NCBI GenBank assembly: GCA_046704805.1
Contig: JBJKRG010000248.1
Span: 20,602 to 84,601, forward strand
Reading direction: 5' to 3'
Length of the DNA: 64,000 nt
Source: Gemmatimonadaceae bacterium
Lineage (GTDB): Bacteria > Gemmatimonadota > Gemmatimonadetes > Gemmatimonadales > Gemmatimonadaceae
The notes under the pieces were generated by a model that searched no databases, was not told the origin of the DNA, and saw nothing but the letters and a program-made list of their open reading frames with translations. A program made the translations under genes and the position numbers. Below are positions 55,076 through 63,809 of the stretch, one piece after another. Each line of letters opens with the position of its first letter. Position 1 is the stretch's first letter.

Positions 55076-55752
55076 CGCCGTGCGTCCGGCTTGCGGGCCA
55101 TGATGGCCACGTTGTCGGAGCATGCCCGCGGCAGGAGCCGGCTGAGCAGGCGAGGGTAGTGACGCGCCGAGAACGGGATCCTTCCTTCGCCGCTGTATCG
55201 CACGTGTGCATCGACGAGCCCCGCCTCGGCCGCCGCGCGGCGGAGGTCGACCTCGAGGAGCGCCGTACGATGAGCCGGATATGAGGGCGCCTGAAAGGCG
55301 TTGAAGGCGTTCTTGACGACGACGGTCCATTTGCTGAGCAGGCTCAGTTGATTCGGGGTGGTGATGATGACCCAGCCGCCCGCCGTGGTGAGACGCGCCA
55401 GCTCACGCGTGAACGCCCACGGGTTCTCGAGATGCTCGATCGTCTCCACCGCTGTCACCACGTCCGCGCACCCGTCCGCCAGGGGGATGCCCGGACGGTC
55501 GAGATCGTGGCGAACGAAGTCCACCGTCGAGTCCAGCCCCTCGTAACGCACCGCGTCGATGCCCGTGCAACCGGCGAAGTGGGGGCGCAGCCTGCGGCAC
55601 AGCGCGCCGGTGCCGCACCCCACGTCCACCAGCAGCCCTCCGCCGTCGTGGCGCTCCGTCACGAGCGTCTCGACCAGTGCATGGATCGCATCGCTGCTCG
55701 CCCCACGCGACAGTCGGGCGCGTGATTCGAGATCCATGGCCGTCGTGCTCAT
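55072..55752 (-). CDS. Class I SAM-dependent methyltransferase
   Basis: LLVDVGCGTGALCRRL (motif I) and VVTAVETIEHLENP. Confidence 0.8.
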   Translation of the reverse strand: MSTTAMDLESRARLSRGASSDAIHALVETLVTERHDGGGLLVDVGCGTGALCRRLRPHFAGCTGIDAVRYEGLDSTVDFVRHDLDRPGIPLADGCADVVTAVETIEHLENPWAFTRELARLTTAGGWVIITTPNQLSLLSKWTVVVKNAFNAFQAPSYPAHRTALLEVDLRRAAAEAGLVDAHVRYSGEGRIPFSARHYPRLLSRLLPRACSDNVAIMARKPDARR

Positions 55753-56870
55753 CGTTGGCGCCGCTCCGCAATGAGCGGCGTCAGGATGTCATGCAGGCGC
55801 CGCAGCTGCGTGCCGGGGTCGCAGAGCGCCCGCGCTCGCGCGGGACCGGCAGCACCCATTGCCCGTCGCCGCTCGGGATTCTCGATCAGCATCCGGAGCG
55901 CGTCGGCAAGCTGGCGTGGCTGCTGTGGGGGCACGAGTATCCCGCAGGCCTGGCCGCCCAGGATTTCCGTCGGTCCACCCATGTCGGTGGCCACGACCGG
56001 CAACCCTGCATACAACGCCTCGATGATCGCCACGCCGAACGGTTCCGCCTGTGCATTCGGCTGGCAGAAGATGTCCGCACCGGCGAGCACGGTTCCGATG
56101 TCGTCCCGCTCTCCCAGGAACCGCACACGCGACCTCACCCCGCGCGATACTACCAGGGTCCGGAGGCCCGCCTCGTAGGTACGTTCCGACGCGCGCTGCG
56201 CTCCGCCGACGACCCAGCACTCCCAGTGTGGAAGGTCGCCCAGGAATCCCAGCGCGTGCATCAGCAGTGCATGACCCTTCCAGCGCTCGAGCCGTCCTGC
56301 CTGGACGATGACTGCCGTTTCCGGTGCCAGACCGAACTCTCGCCGCATTGCCTCCCGGCGCTCCGCTACTGCGGGAGGAGACACCGGACAGTGAATCAGC
56401 TGGGCACGCGCCCGCGTGAACACGGCTTCGACCGTCTGCCCCGTGAACGCGCTGTTGTACACGACCAGATCGGGCGTGCGGAGTCTCGCCAACCGCTCGG
56501 TCCAGTGGGTACCCCGGACGGCATCGTGCAGCCAGAATCCCACCGGGTAGCCGGCGCGACGGATCGCCGGCCCGAACAGGGAATACGACCAGGCCGAGTG
56601 GCACATCACGAAGTCCGGCCGGCTTCGCTTGAGCAGCGCCCTCAGTGCGCGCCGGGCGCGGAGGATCGTCGCCGGGCGGCTCGCGCGCACCGCCCCTAGG
56701 AGATGGACCGGAACATCACAGGCCCGCAACTCGCGGGCCAGTCGTCCATCGAAGCACAGGGCGAATTCCGGTTCCAGATCGGGGAATGCCGCCCGTGCCC
56801 GTGCCAGCACGACGAGCATCGACTCGACCCCGCCGAACAGATTGCCGCTGTACACGTGGAGGAGCCTCAT
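55749..56870 (-). CDS. Glycosyltransferase family 4
   Basis: MRLLHVYSGNLFGGVESML...; CQPNAQAEPFGVAIIEALYAGLPVV EX7E motif. Confidence 0.8.
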   Translation of the reverse strand: MRLLHVYSGNLFGGVESMLVVLARARAAFPDLEPEFALCFDGRLARELRACDVPVHLLGAVRASRPATILRARRALRALLKRSRPDFVMCHSAWSYSLFGPAIRRAGYPVGFWLHDAVRGTHWTERLARLRTPDLVVYNSAFTGQTVEAVFTRARAQLIHCPVSPPAVAERREAMRREFGLAPETAVIVQAGRLERWKGHALLMHALGFLGDLPHWECWVVGGAQRASERTYEAGLRTLVVSRGVRSRVRFLGERDDIGTVLAGADIFCQPNAQAEPFGVAIIEALYAGLPVVATDMGGPTEILGGQACGILVPPQQPRQLADALRMLIENPERRRAMGAAGPARARALCDPGTQLRRLHDILTPLIAERRQR

Positions 56871-58102
56871 GCGTCGGTTCCCGCCGCCGTTCGGCGAGCG
56901 CTGGCGGCTCGGTAGATCGGGACCATCTCGCGCCCGATGCGCGCTCGGTCGAAACGGGCTTCCGCAGTTGCCCGGGCAGCCTTTCCCAATCGCGCGCGCA
57001 GGTCGGCGTCCTTCACCAACCGATCGATGGCCTGGCGTAGACCCTCCACGTCTCCCGGTTCGTGCACGAGTGCGTCCACGTCCGACATCACGATCTCCCC
57101 AGCCCCGCCCGCGGCGCTCGCGATGACGGCTCGTCCGCAGGCCATCCCTTCGGCGATGACCAAGCCAAACGGTTCCGGCACGGTCGTCGCATGAACGACC
57201 ACGTCGAGGGCCCGCATGGCCGGCGCCGGATCTTGAACGAAGCCCGTGAATCCCACGCGAGCCGAAATGCCAAGTTCGGCCGCCAGCGTCTTCAGCGCGT
57301 CGACTGATGCCTCGCTGTCCCGTGTTTCGTAGAGCGGCCCACCAACGACGTACCCACGAACGGGCAGGGACGAGGGCAGTCTGGCGAGGGCGCGTAGAAA
57401 CACGTCATGGCCCTTGAAACGCCCCATGGTCGCGACCAGGCCGACTCGAACCACCCCCGGTGGCGCCGGAGGGAGACCGGCCAGTGCGTCCAGATCGGTA
57501 CGGTCGCCAGCCGGCCGAAAGGCTTCAAGATCCACCCCGTTCAGCACCACCTGCACGGGAGATCGCCCCTTCCAGAGGCTCCGCACGTCATCGGCGACAC
57601 TCGCCGAGACGGCGATACCGGCATCACAGTTGCGTGACAGGTGTGTCATCGCATGCGCCATGAGTGGACGGGACGAGGCGTAGTCGTGGAGGTGCCAGAC
57701 GAGCGCAGCCGGAGCGGGCCGGCTCCAGGCACCGAGGATGTGCATCTTGTACCCATTGGTATGGACGATGTCGGGGCCCAGTCGTCCCAGCACCGTACGC
57801 ATCCGGCGTCGATACCCCGTCACGCCACCCATTGCCGCAATGGTTCGGATGCCCACACCGAGCAGGCGTTGGGCGCCACCCTGAACGCCTGAATCCCCCA
57901 GATTTGCCAGCCCTTCCGGCATCGGGACCACCTCTGCCGCGAAGCCCGACTTCCGTACGCGATCTACGAGCAACCCCGGTCGCGGAGCGATGACGCTGAG
58001 GTCCCAGGTTGGCTCGGCGCGATGGATGCTCTCGAGGACGTCGACGAGGCATCGTTCGGCCCCGCCGAGCTGACCACTTGCACTGAGGTAGACGACGCGC
58101 AC
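56867..58102 (-). CDS. Glycosyltransferase family 4 (first gene of the minus-strand EPS operon)
   Basis: GTG start. RVVYLSASGQLGGAERCLVD...; HATTVPEPFGLVIAEGMACGRAVI EX7E motif. Confidence 0.8.
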   Translation of the reverse strand: MRVVYLSASGQLGGAERCLVDVLESIHRAEPTWDLSVIAPRPGLLVDRVRKSGFAAEVVPMPEGLANLGDSGVQGGAQRLLGVGIRTIAAMGGVTGYRRRMRTVLGRLGPDIVHTNGYKMHILGAWSRPAPAALVWHLHDYASSRPLMAHAMTHLSRNCDAGIAVSASVADDVRSLWKGRSPVQVVLNGVDLEAFRPAGDRTDLDALAGLPPAPPGVVRVGLVATMGRFKGHDVFLRALARLPSSLPVRGYVVGGPLYETRDSEASVDALKTLAAELGISARVGFTGFVQDPAPAMRALDVVVHATTVPEPFGLVIAEGMACGRAVIASAAGGAGEIVMSDVDALVHEPGDVEGLRQAIDRLVKDADLRARLGKAARATAEARFDRARIGREMVPIYRAASARRTAAGTDA

Positions 58103-58313
58103 GCGCTGCGAACGGTGGACGGTGAGGGTGAACGAGCCGTCAGGTTCGGATTCCCGGAGACAAAAACGTTCGTTTTCGCCTCCTCGGTCGTCCTTTCGTT
58201 GCGTCCAGGGCAGTTCACGGCCGCCCCGGTGAAAGGATCACAGATATTATGTCCGCAACCGTTCAGAGCCAATACAGCCCCCCTCGTTTTCCGCTCATCC
58301 CAGTCCTCCTATC

Positions 58314-59261
58314 TTGCAGCCAATGGACAAGATGACCGGAACTCGCCGGCTTCGGCCTGGTTTCTACGCGGCGGTTGCTGCCTTCTGGCTCATCCCCGGT
58401 CTCATTGGGGGAGCGAGTCTGCACGCCCAGACCACGGATGCTCGACAGCAGGTCAATCCGCGGCTCGACTCGTTGCGCCGCTCGTTCGAGGTTCCCCCGG
58501 CACCGGTTCGCCCGATCGTCGTCGCCACGTTCCTCGGAGCGCCGGGAAGCAGCATCGGCTCTCCTGATCCTGCAGGCGTGGGGACCGGCGACTACTTCGT
58601 CGGTGCCGGCTATCAGGAACGGACGCGGGACACGGAGCGCCCGGACGGTGCCGTCGGAGTCGGCGCCGGGCTCGGTGATCCGGAAGCGGGAGTCGCACTC
58701 GAGGTGACGGCCACATCGTACTCATCGGTGCGCCACCCACCGGCTTCCATCGGCGGCATCAGCATCAAGCTGCACCACCGGGATCCCCAGAACCTGATGT
58801 TGTACGCGGTCGGGGTGGAGAATGCGCTCTCGTGGGGTCAGACGGACGGCGGAACCGACGTCTACGGCATCATCGGCCGTGTCTTCGTGCTGCGTCCTGC
58901 CGAGGACGAGGCATTCGGCGTACTCAGCGCCTCCATTGGCGTCGGGAACGGACGCTTTCGCTCCCAGTCCGCCATCATGAACCACCGGAACGGCGTCGGC
59001 ATTTTCGGGGGGCTCGGACTGCGGCTCGTGCAATCCGTGGCGGCGTCTGCCGACTGGACCGGGCAGGATCTCGACGCCGGGTTGACGTTCACACCGTTTT
59101 CCGATCGCGGCATCGTCGGCACGATCGGATTCGCCGACCTTACGCATTCGGCTGGCAACGGCGCCCGGTTCATCATGAGCATCGGCTACGGCTTCAATAC
59201 GCGCCGGGACAGCCGACGCCTGTCACCGGAGGACCTCAATGCGGTATTCAGGACGCCTTGA
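58314..59261 (+). CDS. Secreted protein, possible outer-membrane beta-barrel
   Basis: Signal-like FYAAVAAFWLIPGLIGGASLHAQ. Gly-rich alternating pattern. Ends ...FIMSIGYGFNTRRD... Exact start uncertain (58314, 58323 or 58332). Confidence 0.5.
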   Translation: MQPMDKMTGTRRLRPGFYAAVAAFWLIPGLIGGASLHAQTTDARQQVNPRLDSLRRSFEVPPAPVRPIVVATFLGAPGSSIGSPDPAGVGTGDYFVGAGYQERTRDTERPDGAVGVGAGLGDPEAGVALEVTATSYSSVRHPPASIGGISIKLHHRDPQNLMLYAVGVENALSWGQTDGGTDVYGIIGRVFVLRPAEDEAFGVLSASIGVGNGRFRSQSAIMNHRNGVGIFGGLGLRLVQSVAASADWTGQDLDAGLTFTPFSDRGIVGTIGFADLTHSAGNGARFIMSIGYGFNTRRDSRRLSPEDLNAVFRTP

Positions 59262-59868
59262 CGGCTGGCGCCACGTCTGTGGGGCGTGTGCGCTCCTCGT
59301 CTGCTCGGCGGTCGGCGCCGCGGCGCAGCGGGGAAATCAGTCTGATATCACGGGTATCCCGATCACCAGCAGCAGCGTCGTCAGTCCCGTGTTCTCGGTT
59401 TCGATGGGCGGCGCGGTACGCGTGATCACCTTCATCACGCCGCAGGTCGCGGAATCCTACAAGGAAGCATCCGCACGCGTGAGCGCCCAGCTCAGCAGCC
59501 AGGTCTTCACCGACAGCGCCGGCGTCCAGGCTCCCGCGGCAACTCAGAACCTGATCTCCGAAGTGGTCTCGGGTGGCGGTCAGAGCGCCCGGGCAGCCAG
59601 CCAGTTGCTCGGCATTCTGACACACGGGAACGCTGCTCCCGAAACGGTCGCGAACGCCGAGGCCTTCGTGCAATCGTTCCGGGGCCTCCTCGCGCGGGGC
59701 ATCGCCATGGATCCCCGGTTCTTCAACACGCTCGTCGCTACGCAACTCGCCAACGCCGTGGCGGCGTACAACGCATACATCCAGACGAGTAACGAGAGCT
59801 TTCTCTCGGCACCGCCGGCCGCCCTTCCGGTGATCCACCGCATTCTGGCCCAACTCACTGCTCGATAG
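59239..59868 (+). CDS. Secreted hypothetical protein
   Basis: Signal ACALLVCSAVGAAAQ. Ala/Gln-rich and probably helical. Overlaps the upstream ORF by 23 nt. Confidence 0.45.
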   Translation: MRYSGRLDGWRHVCGACALLVCSAVGAAAQRGNQSDITGIPITSSSVVSPVFSVSMGGAVRVITFITPQVAESYKEASARVSAQLSSQVFTDSAGVQAPAATQNLISEVVSGGGQSARAASQLLGILTHGNAAPETVANAEAFVQSFRGLLARGIAMDPRFFNTLVATQLANAVAAYNAYIQTSNESFLSAPPAALPVIHRILAQLTAR

Positions 59869-59886
59869 CCAGCGGCCGATCGCCCG

Positions 59887-60537
59887 TCAGGGGTGCCGCG
59901 CCAATGCGACGATCAGTCCGATGGTCTGGAGAACCGTGAGTGCGTTCTGCCAGGTCAGCCACCTACGTGGTTTTGGCGGAACCACGATTCGGTCGCCCGA
60001 CTCCAGCACGATGCCGAGCGCCGGGGTTCCCGTTTCCATCGCTGCCGCCCCGTTCAGCACGACGACGTGGTCGTTGCGCAGCAGCCGGATGTGCGCGAGA
60101 TCGGCGTTGGGGCCCGGTCCTCCGGCCTGGCTCAGCGCGTCGAAGACCGTCTGGGTCGCATCCACGGGGTAGAGCCCTGGACGCAACACGTCGCCGATCA
60201 CGGCAACGCGAAACTGCAGTGAGACGATCGCCACTCCATTGGTCGTGAGCGCACGGTACCGGTTCCTGACCTCCGTCCGCACGTCGCCGAGCGTCTTGTC
60301 CGACACGTTCAACTCTCCAAGGAGTGGCACCGCCACCACTCCCGAAGTCTCGACCTCGTAGTCCCCGGAATACTGCTGCTCGGGCCAGAACTTGATCCGT
60401 AATACGTCGCCGGGGCGTACCAGGACGTCGGTTACGGCGCGCGGCTCGGGCGATGACGTGGGGTTCTGCGCACCAACCACCGCCGGTACCAGGGCGAATC
60501 CGATCAATAGAGAGAGGATGCGGAGAGATCGTGGCAT
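59887..60537 (-). CDS. Short polysaccharide export (OPX/Wza-family) protein
   Basis: 216 aa. Signal peptide, Poly_export motif PGDVLRIKFWPEQQYSGDYEVETSGVVAVPLLGELNV, one SLBB-like domain (VAVIGDVLRPGLYPV), and a hydrophobic C-terminal segment. Confidence 0.8.
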   Translation of the reverse strand: MPRSLRILSLLIGFALVPAVVGAQNPTSSPEPRAVTDVLVRPGDVLRIKFWPEQQYSGDYEVETSGVVAVPLLGELNVSDKTLGDVRTEVRNRYRALTTNGVAIVSLQFRVAVIGDVLRPGLYPVDATQTVFDALSQAGGPGPNADLAHIRLLRNDHVVVLNGAAAMETGTPALGIVLESGDRIVVPPKPRRWLTWQNALTVLQTIGLIVALARHP

Positions 60538-60581
60538 GTTCGCGCGGAAGGGTGAAGATCGTGCACCAGTATAGCACGCCG

Positions 60582-61592
60582 TCAGGGCTTCTCGCGATGC
60601 CGGGTCTCGCCGTGTAGTCCCAGCCAGAGGGCGTCGTCGGGGAGCCCGGCACGCTGCCAGAGCACCCGGGTGCGTGCCGGCGGCTCATCCATCGGCTCAT
60701 CGGTCAACCGGAAGGTTCCCCAGTGAATCGGAAGCATGCGCGGCGCCGGCGCGATCGGATGCGCATTCCGGATCTCGCCGTAGGCGCGGACGGCGTCCTC
60801 GGGATTCATGTGGACGCTTTCCATGAACCATCGCGGCTCGTAGGCGCCCACCGGTAGCAGCACGAGGTCGAAGGGACCGCCGTGCTCGGCGATTCGCCCG
60901 AATTCCGGGTGGTAGGCCGTGTCCCCGGCGAAGTAGACACGCCACCCGTTCGCCTGGATCGTCCAGCCGGACCACAGCGTCCGCGCCCGGTCCCACGGCG
61001 TGCGTGCGCTGAAGTGCCGGGCCGGGACGCAGGCGACCGACCCGAAATCCGTATCGTCCGACTGCCACCAGTCCAACTCACGGACGTTCGCCGCGCCCCA
61101 CCGATGGAGGAGTCGGGGGACGCCCAATGGGGCGTACCAGACTGCCGCCGGATGATGGGTGGCGATCGTACGGACCGTCGCGCGGTCGAGATGGTCGTAG
61201 TGGTTGTGCGAGATGAGCACGATGTCGATGGGCGGCAGCGCCGACAACGGTACGGGCGGGTCCACCACCCGGCTCGGCCCCGCCCACGAAACCGGGCTCG
61301 CCCGTCGGCTCCACATGGGGTCCGTGAGCACGTTGAGCCCCCCCAGCTGTAGCAATGCCGTGGCATGGCCGATCCACGTCGCCGTCAGCAGACCTTCAGG
61401 TGCGTGCGGCATCTCGAAGCGGCTCGGCGCCGTCCCCGGGGGTGCACCCGCCGGTCTGCGGTCGGAGCCCAGGAGCCTCGCACGCTCGCGCCGCTCACGC
61501 CGCCAACGGAGCAGGTCGGCCAGTCCGCGGGGTTCCTCCCCTGGCCACGGATTCCGGAAGCCCTTGGGCGCCATGTGGTGGGACGCGGTCAT
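60582..61592 (-). CDS. MBL-fold metallo-hydrolase (NAPE-PLD-like)
   Basis: VLISHNHYDHLD motif. TWIGHATALLQ and later GDTAY / PIHWGTF blocks. Confidence 0.8.
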   Translation of the reverse strand: MTASHHMAPKGFRNPWPGEEPRGLADLLRWRRERRERARLLGSDRRPAGAPPGTAPSRFEMPHAPEGLLTATWIGHATALLQLGGLNVLTDPMWSRRASPVSWAGPSRVVDPPVPLSALPPIDIVLISHNHYDHLDRATVRTIATHHPAAVWYAPLGVPRLLHRWGAANVRELDWWQSDDTDFGSVACVPARHFSARTPWDRARTLWSGWTIQANGWRVYFAGDTAYHPEFGRIAEHGGPFDLVLLPVGAYEPRWFMESVHMNPEDAVRAYGEIRNAHPIAPAPRMLPIHWGTFRLTDEPMDEPPARTRVLWQRAGLPDDALWLGLHGETRHREKP

Positions 61593-61791
61593 GGGGCAAG
61601 AATACCCTCGTCCCCCCCCACCGCTCCATCTCCCGGCCCGGGCCCTGATCTGTGACCTTCGCGAGATACCCCCTGTCTTCCGGCTGGGTTAGATTGTGCC
61701 CTTGTGTGGGCTGGTGGACTCCGGCCCGCACCCCACCCGGCCCGCATGTGCCGCCGGTAGTACTTCTAATCCGTAAAACTCGGAGACTGGA

Positions 61792-62547
61792 ATGCCAGGT
61801 TTCGGCGTCTTGGCCGGCCGCTGGTGGCTCCCGCTGTTGTTCATCGTCATCGCGGGTCATATCACCAATGTGTGCGTCACGCTGTTTCTACACCGGGCCC
61901 AAACACACCGGGGACTGCGCCTGCACTATCTCGCAGCCCTTCCCATGCGCCTGTGGCTCTGGATGACGACCGCGATCGTTACCAAGGAGTGGGTCGCCTG
62001 TCATCGGAAGCACCATGCGTTTGCCGACCGCGAGGGCGATCCGCACAGCCCGCTGCTCGAAGGCCTCCGCAACATCCTGCTGAAGGGCGCCTTCTATTAT
62101 CGGAAGGCCGTCCGGCAGCCCGGCATGCTGGAGAAATACGGCAAGGGAACTCCCAACGATTGGATCGAGCGCCACCTGCTCTCACGGCTCAATTGGCTTG
62201 GCATCCTGTTGATGCTGGGCATCGACACCTACCTGTTCGGGTTCATCGTCGGTCCTCTCGTCTGGGCCGTGCAGATGGTCTGGATTCCCTTCTGGGCAGC
62301 CGGTGTCGTGAACGGCATCGGTCATGCGCTGGGCTATCGCAACTTCAACGTGAAGGACGAGAGCCGGAACATCGCCCCGATTGCGATCTGGCTCGGCGGA
62401 GAGGAGTTGCACAACAACCACCATGCCGATCCGAAGTCGGCGAAGTTCAACGCCAAGTGGTACGAATTCGACATTGGATGGATGTACATCCGCCTGCTTC
62501 AGCTCATCGGGCTGGCCAAGGTTGAGTACGCACGCGGTAGTCGCTAG
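61792..62547 (+). CDS. Membrane fatty-acid (acyl-CoA/acyl-lipid) desaturase
   Basis: Three His boxes: HRAQTH, HRKHH and HNNHH. TM segments lie between them. Confidence 0.85.
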   Translation: MPGFGVLAGRWWLPLLFIVIAGHITNVCVTLFLHRAQTHRGLRLHYLAALPMRLWLWMTTAIVTKEWVACHRKHHAFADREGDPHSPLLEGLRNILLKGAFYYRKAVRQPGMLEKYGKGTPNDWIERHLLSRLNWLGILLMLGIDTYLFGFIVGPLVWAVQMVWIPFWAAGVVNGIGHALGYRNFNVKDESRNIAPIAIWLGGEELHNNHHADPKSAKFNAKWYEFDIGWMYIRLLQLIGLAKVEYARGSR

Positions 62548-62571
62548 GTCGCGGTCCCTTCGGTTCCCCTC

Positions 62572-62850
62572 ATGGCAGACATCACCTGCACCCGTTGTGG
62601 CCAGACCAAGCCGGCGTTCGAGCGTGCACCATTTCCGGGCACCATCGGAGCCCGTATCGTTTCCGAAATCTGTCAGGACTGTTGGGCGCTCTGGCTCAAG
62701 CAGCAGACCATGCTCATCAACCACTACGGGTTGAACGTCATGGACCCGCAGGCGCGCGCGTTCCTCACGAAGAACCTCCAGGCCTTTCTCTTCAAGACCG
62801 GACAGGAGGAAGACGTGGACATCAGCAAGAAGGGATCGATCTCCTGGTGA
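62572..62850 (+). CDS. yggX: Fe(2+)-trafficking / oxidative-damage protection protein YggX
   Basis: 92 aa. Pattern C..C.....AFERAPFPG..G.RI...I...CW..W...QTMLINHYGLN parallels E. coli YggX. Confidence 0.85.
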   Translation: MADITCTRCGQTKPAFERAPFPGTIGARIVSEICQDCWALWLKQQTMLINHYGLNVMDPQARAFLTKNLQAFLFKTGQEEDVDISKKGSISW

Positions 62851-62924
62851 TGCCTTAACCAGCATGCCGTCTGATTGACGGTCGCCGTGCCGACCCGTAT
62901 ATATCGCGCGCGATGTGAATCTCG

Positions 62925-62950
62925 AAGGGCCCCGCAATTGCGGGGCCCTT
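62925..62950. terminator. Perfect palindromic hairpin after yggX
   Basis: AAGGGCCCCGCA-AT-TGCGGGGCCCTT is a 26-nt perfect palindrome. Confidence 0.6.
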
Positions 62951-62954
62951 GACT

Positions 62955-62975
62955 TTAGTATCGCTCTGCTACTAA
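62955..62975. promoter_or_regulatory. Inverted repeat TTAGTA-N9-TACTAA, candidate NrtR-like operator
   Basis: Arms at 62955-62960 and 62970-62975 are exact reverse complements, 8 nt upstream of the regulator's start codon. Confidence 0.4.
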
Positions 62976-62982
62976 TTCGCGC

Positions 62983-63687
62983 GTGATGCGCGACCGCCCT
63001 TCGTCTGACTCGATTCCATCCGCGCTCCAGATCACGTTGTCGGTCGACATCGTGGTCATCAGCCCACAGGGTAAGACGCTCTCGATTCTGCTCGCGAAGC
63101 TCGCCGAGGCTCGGTCACGCGAGCGCTGGGTCCTGCCCTGGGATGCACCGCGCGGTGAAGAATCTCTCGCCGACGCGGCCGGTCGCGTCGCCCGATCCAC
63201 GCTCGGCGCCGCTCCAGCCGCCGTCGAGCAAATTCGTGCCTTCGGCGACAACCGACGCCACCCGGGTGACGCTGAGGTCTCGGTTGGGTTCGTCGCCCTC
63301 GTGCCGCGCGTCGAACGCGAGTTGCCCGATGTCGGGCTTTCGTGGTTCAGTCTCGCCGACGTGCCGACGCTGGCCCCACGGCATCGCGCCATTGTCGATG
63401 CGGCTCTCGAAACGATTCGGGCCCGGCTCGATCAATCACCGGTCGCCTTCCGGTTGCTCCCACCGACGTTCACGCTCAGCGAGTTGCAGGCGGTCTACGA
63501 GATCCTGCTCGGCCGCCGCCTGCACAAGGCCAGTTTCCGAAGGGCCCTCCAGGCCGCATACCTGGTCGAGCCGACCGACGAATGGAGAAGCGAGGGGCGC
63601 GGACGTCCGGCTCAACTCTTCCGCTTCGCTCCCCGAAAGCGTCGGGATTCCCGGCGGGGCGTTCGGTTCGACCTGATCACGGGGTGA
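62983..63687 (+). CDS. Nudix-domain + C-terminal winged-helix regulator (NrtR-like)
   Basis: The N-half is Nudix-like but has a degenerate Nudix box (PRGEESLADAAGRVARSTLG). The C-half LPPTFTLSELQAVYEILLGRRLHKASFRRAL...GRGRPAQLFRF matches the NrtR wHTH pattern. Confidence 0.7.
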   Translation: MMRDRPSSDSIPSALQITLSVDIVVISPQGKTLSILLAKLAEARSRERWVLPWDAPRGEESLADAAGRVARSTLGAAPAAVEQIRAFGDNRRHPGDAEVSVGFVALVPRVERELPDVGLSWFSLADVPTLAPRHRAIVDAALETIRARLDQSPVAFRLLPPTFTLSELQAVYEILLGRRLHKASFRRALQAAYLVEPTDEWRSEGRGRPAQLFRFAPRKRRDSRRGVRFDLITG

Positions 63688-63809
63688 CCGCTCTACAGGC
63701 GGGGCACACCGATCCGGTATGCCTCAACTGCCCCAATCGACGGTTCCCCGATCGAGCGCTTGACCCGGGTCAAAATTAGTAGCAAGATGTGCTTAAACAG
63801 GGCTCCCGC

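Noticed and set aside
52551-55211. Supplied ORFs in the EPS operon that appear as 480-890-aa proteins. Examples: 52551..55211, 51601..53382, 50696..52150, 48304..49884, 44723..46357, 42796..44661.
   Set aside because: Their N-terminal halves overlap the upstream gene in another frame and are compositionally junk. In every case an internal ATG or GTG in a 4-nt overlap with the upstream stop gives a normal-sized GT or MT with a typical N-terminus.
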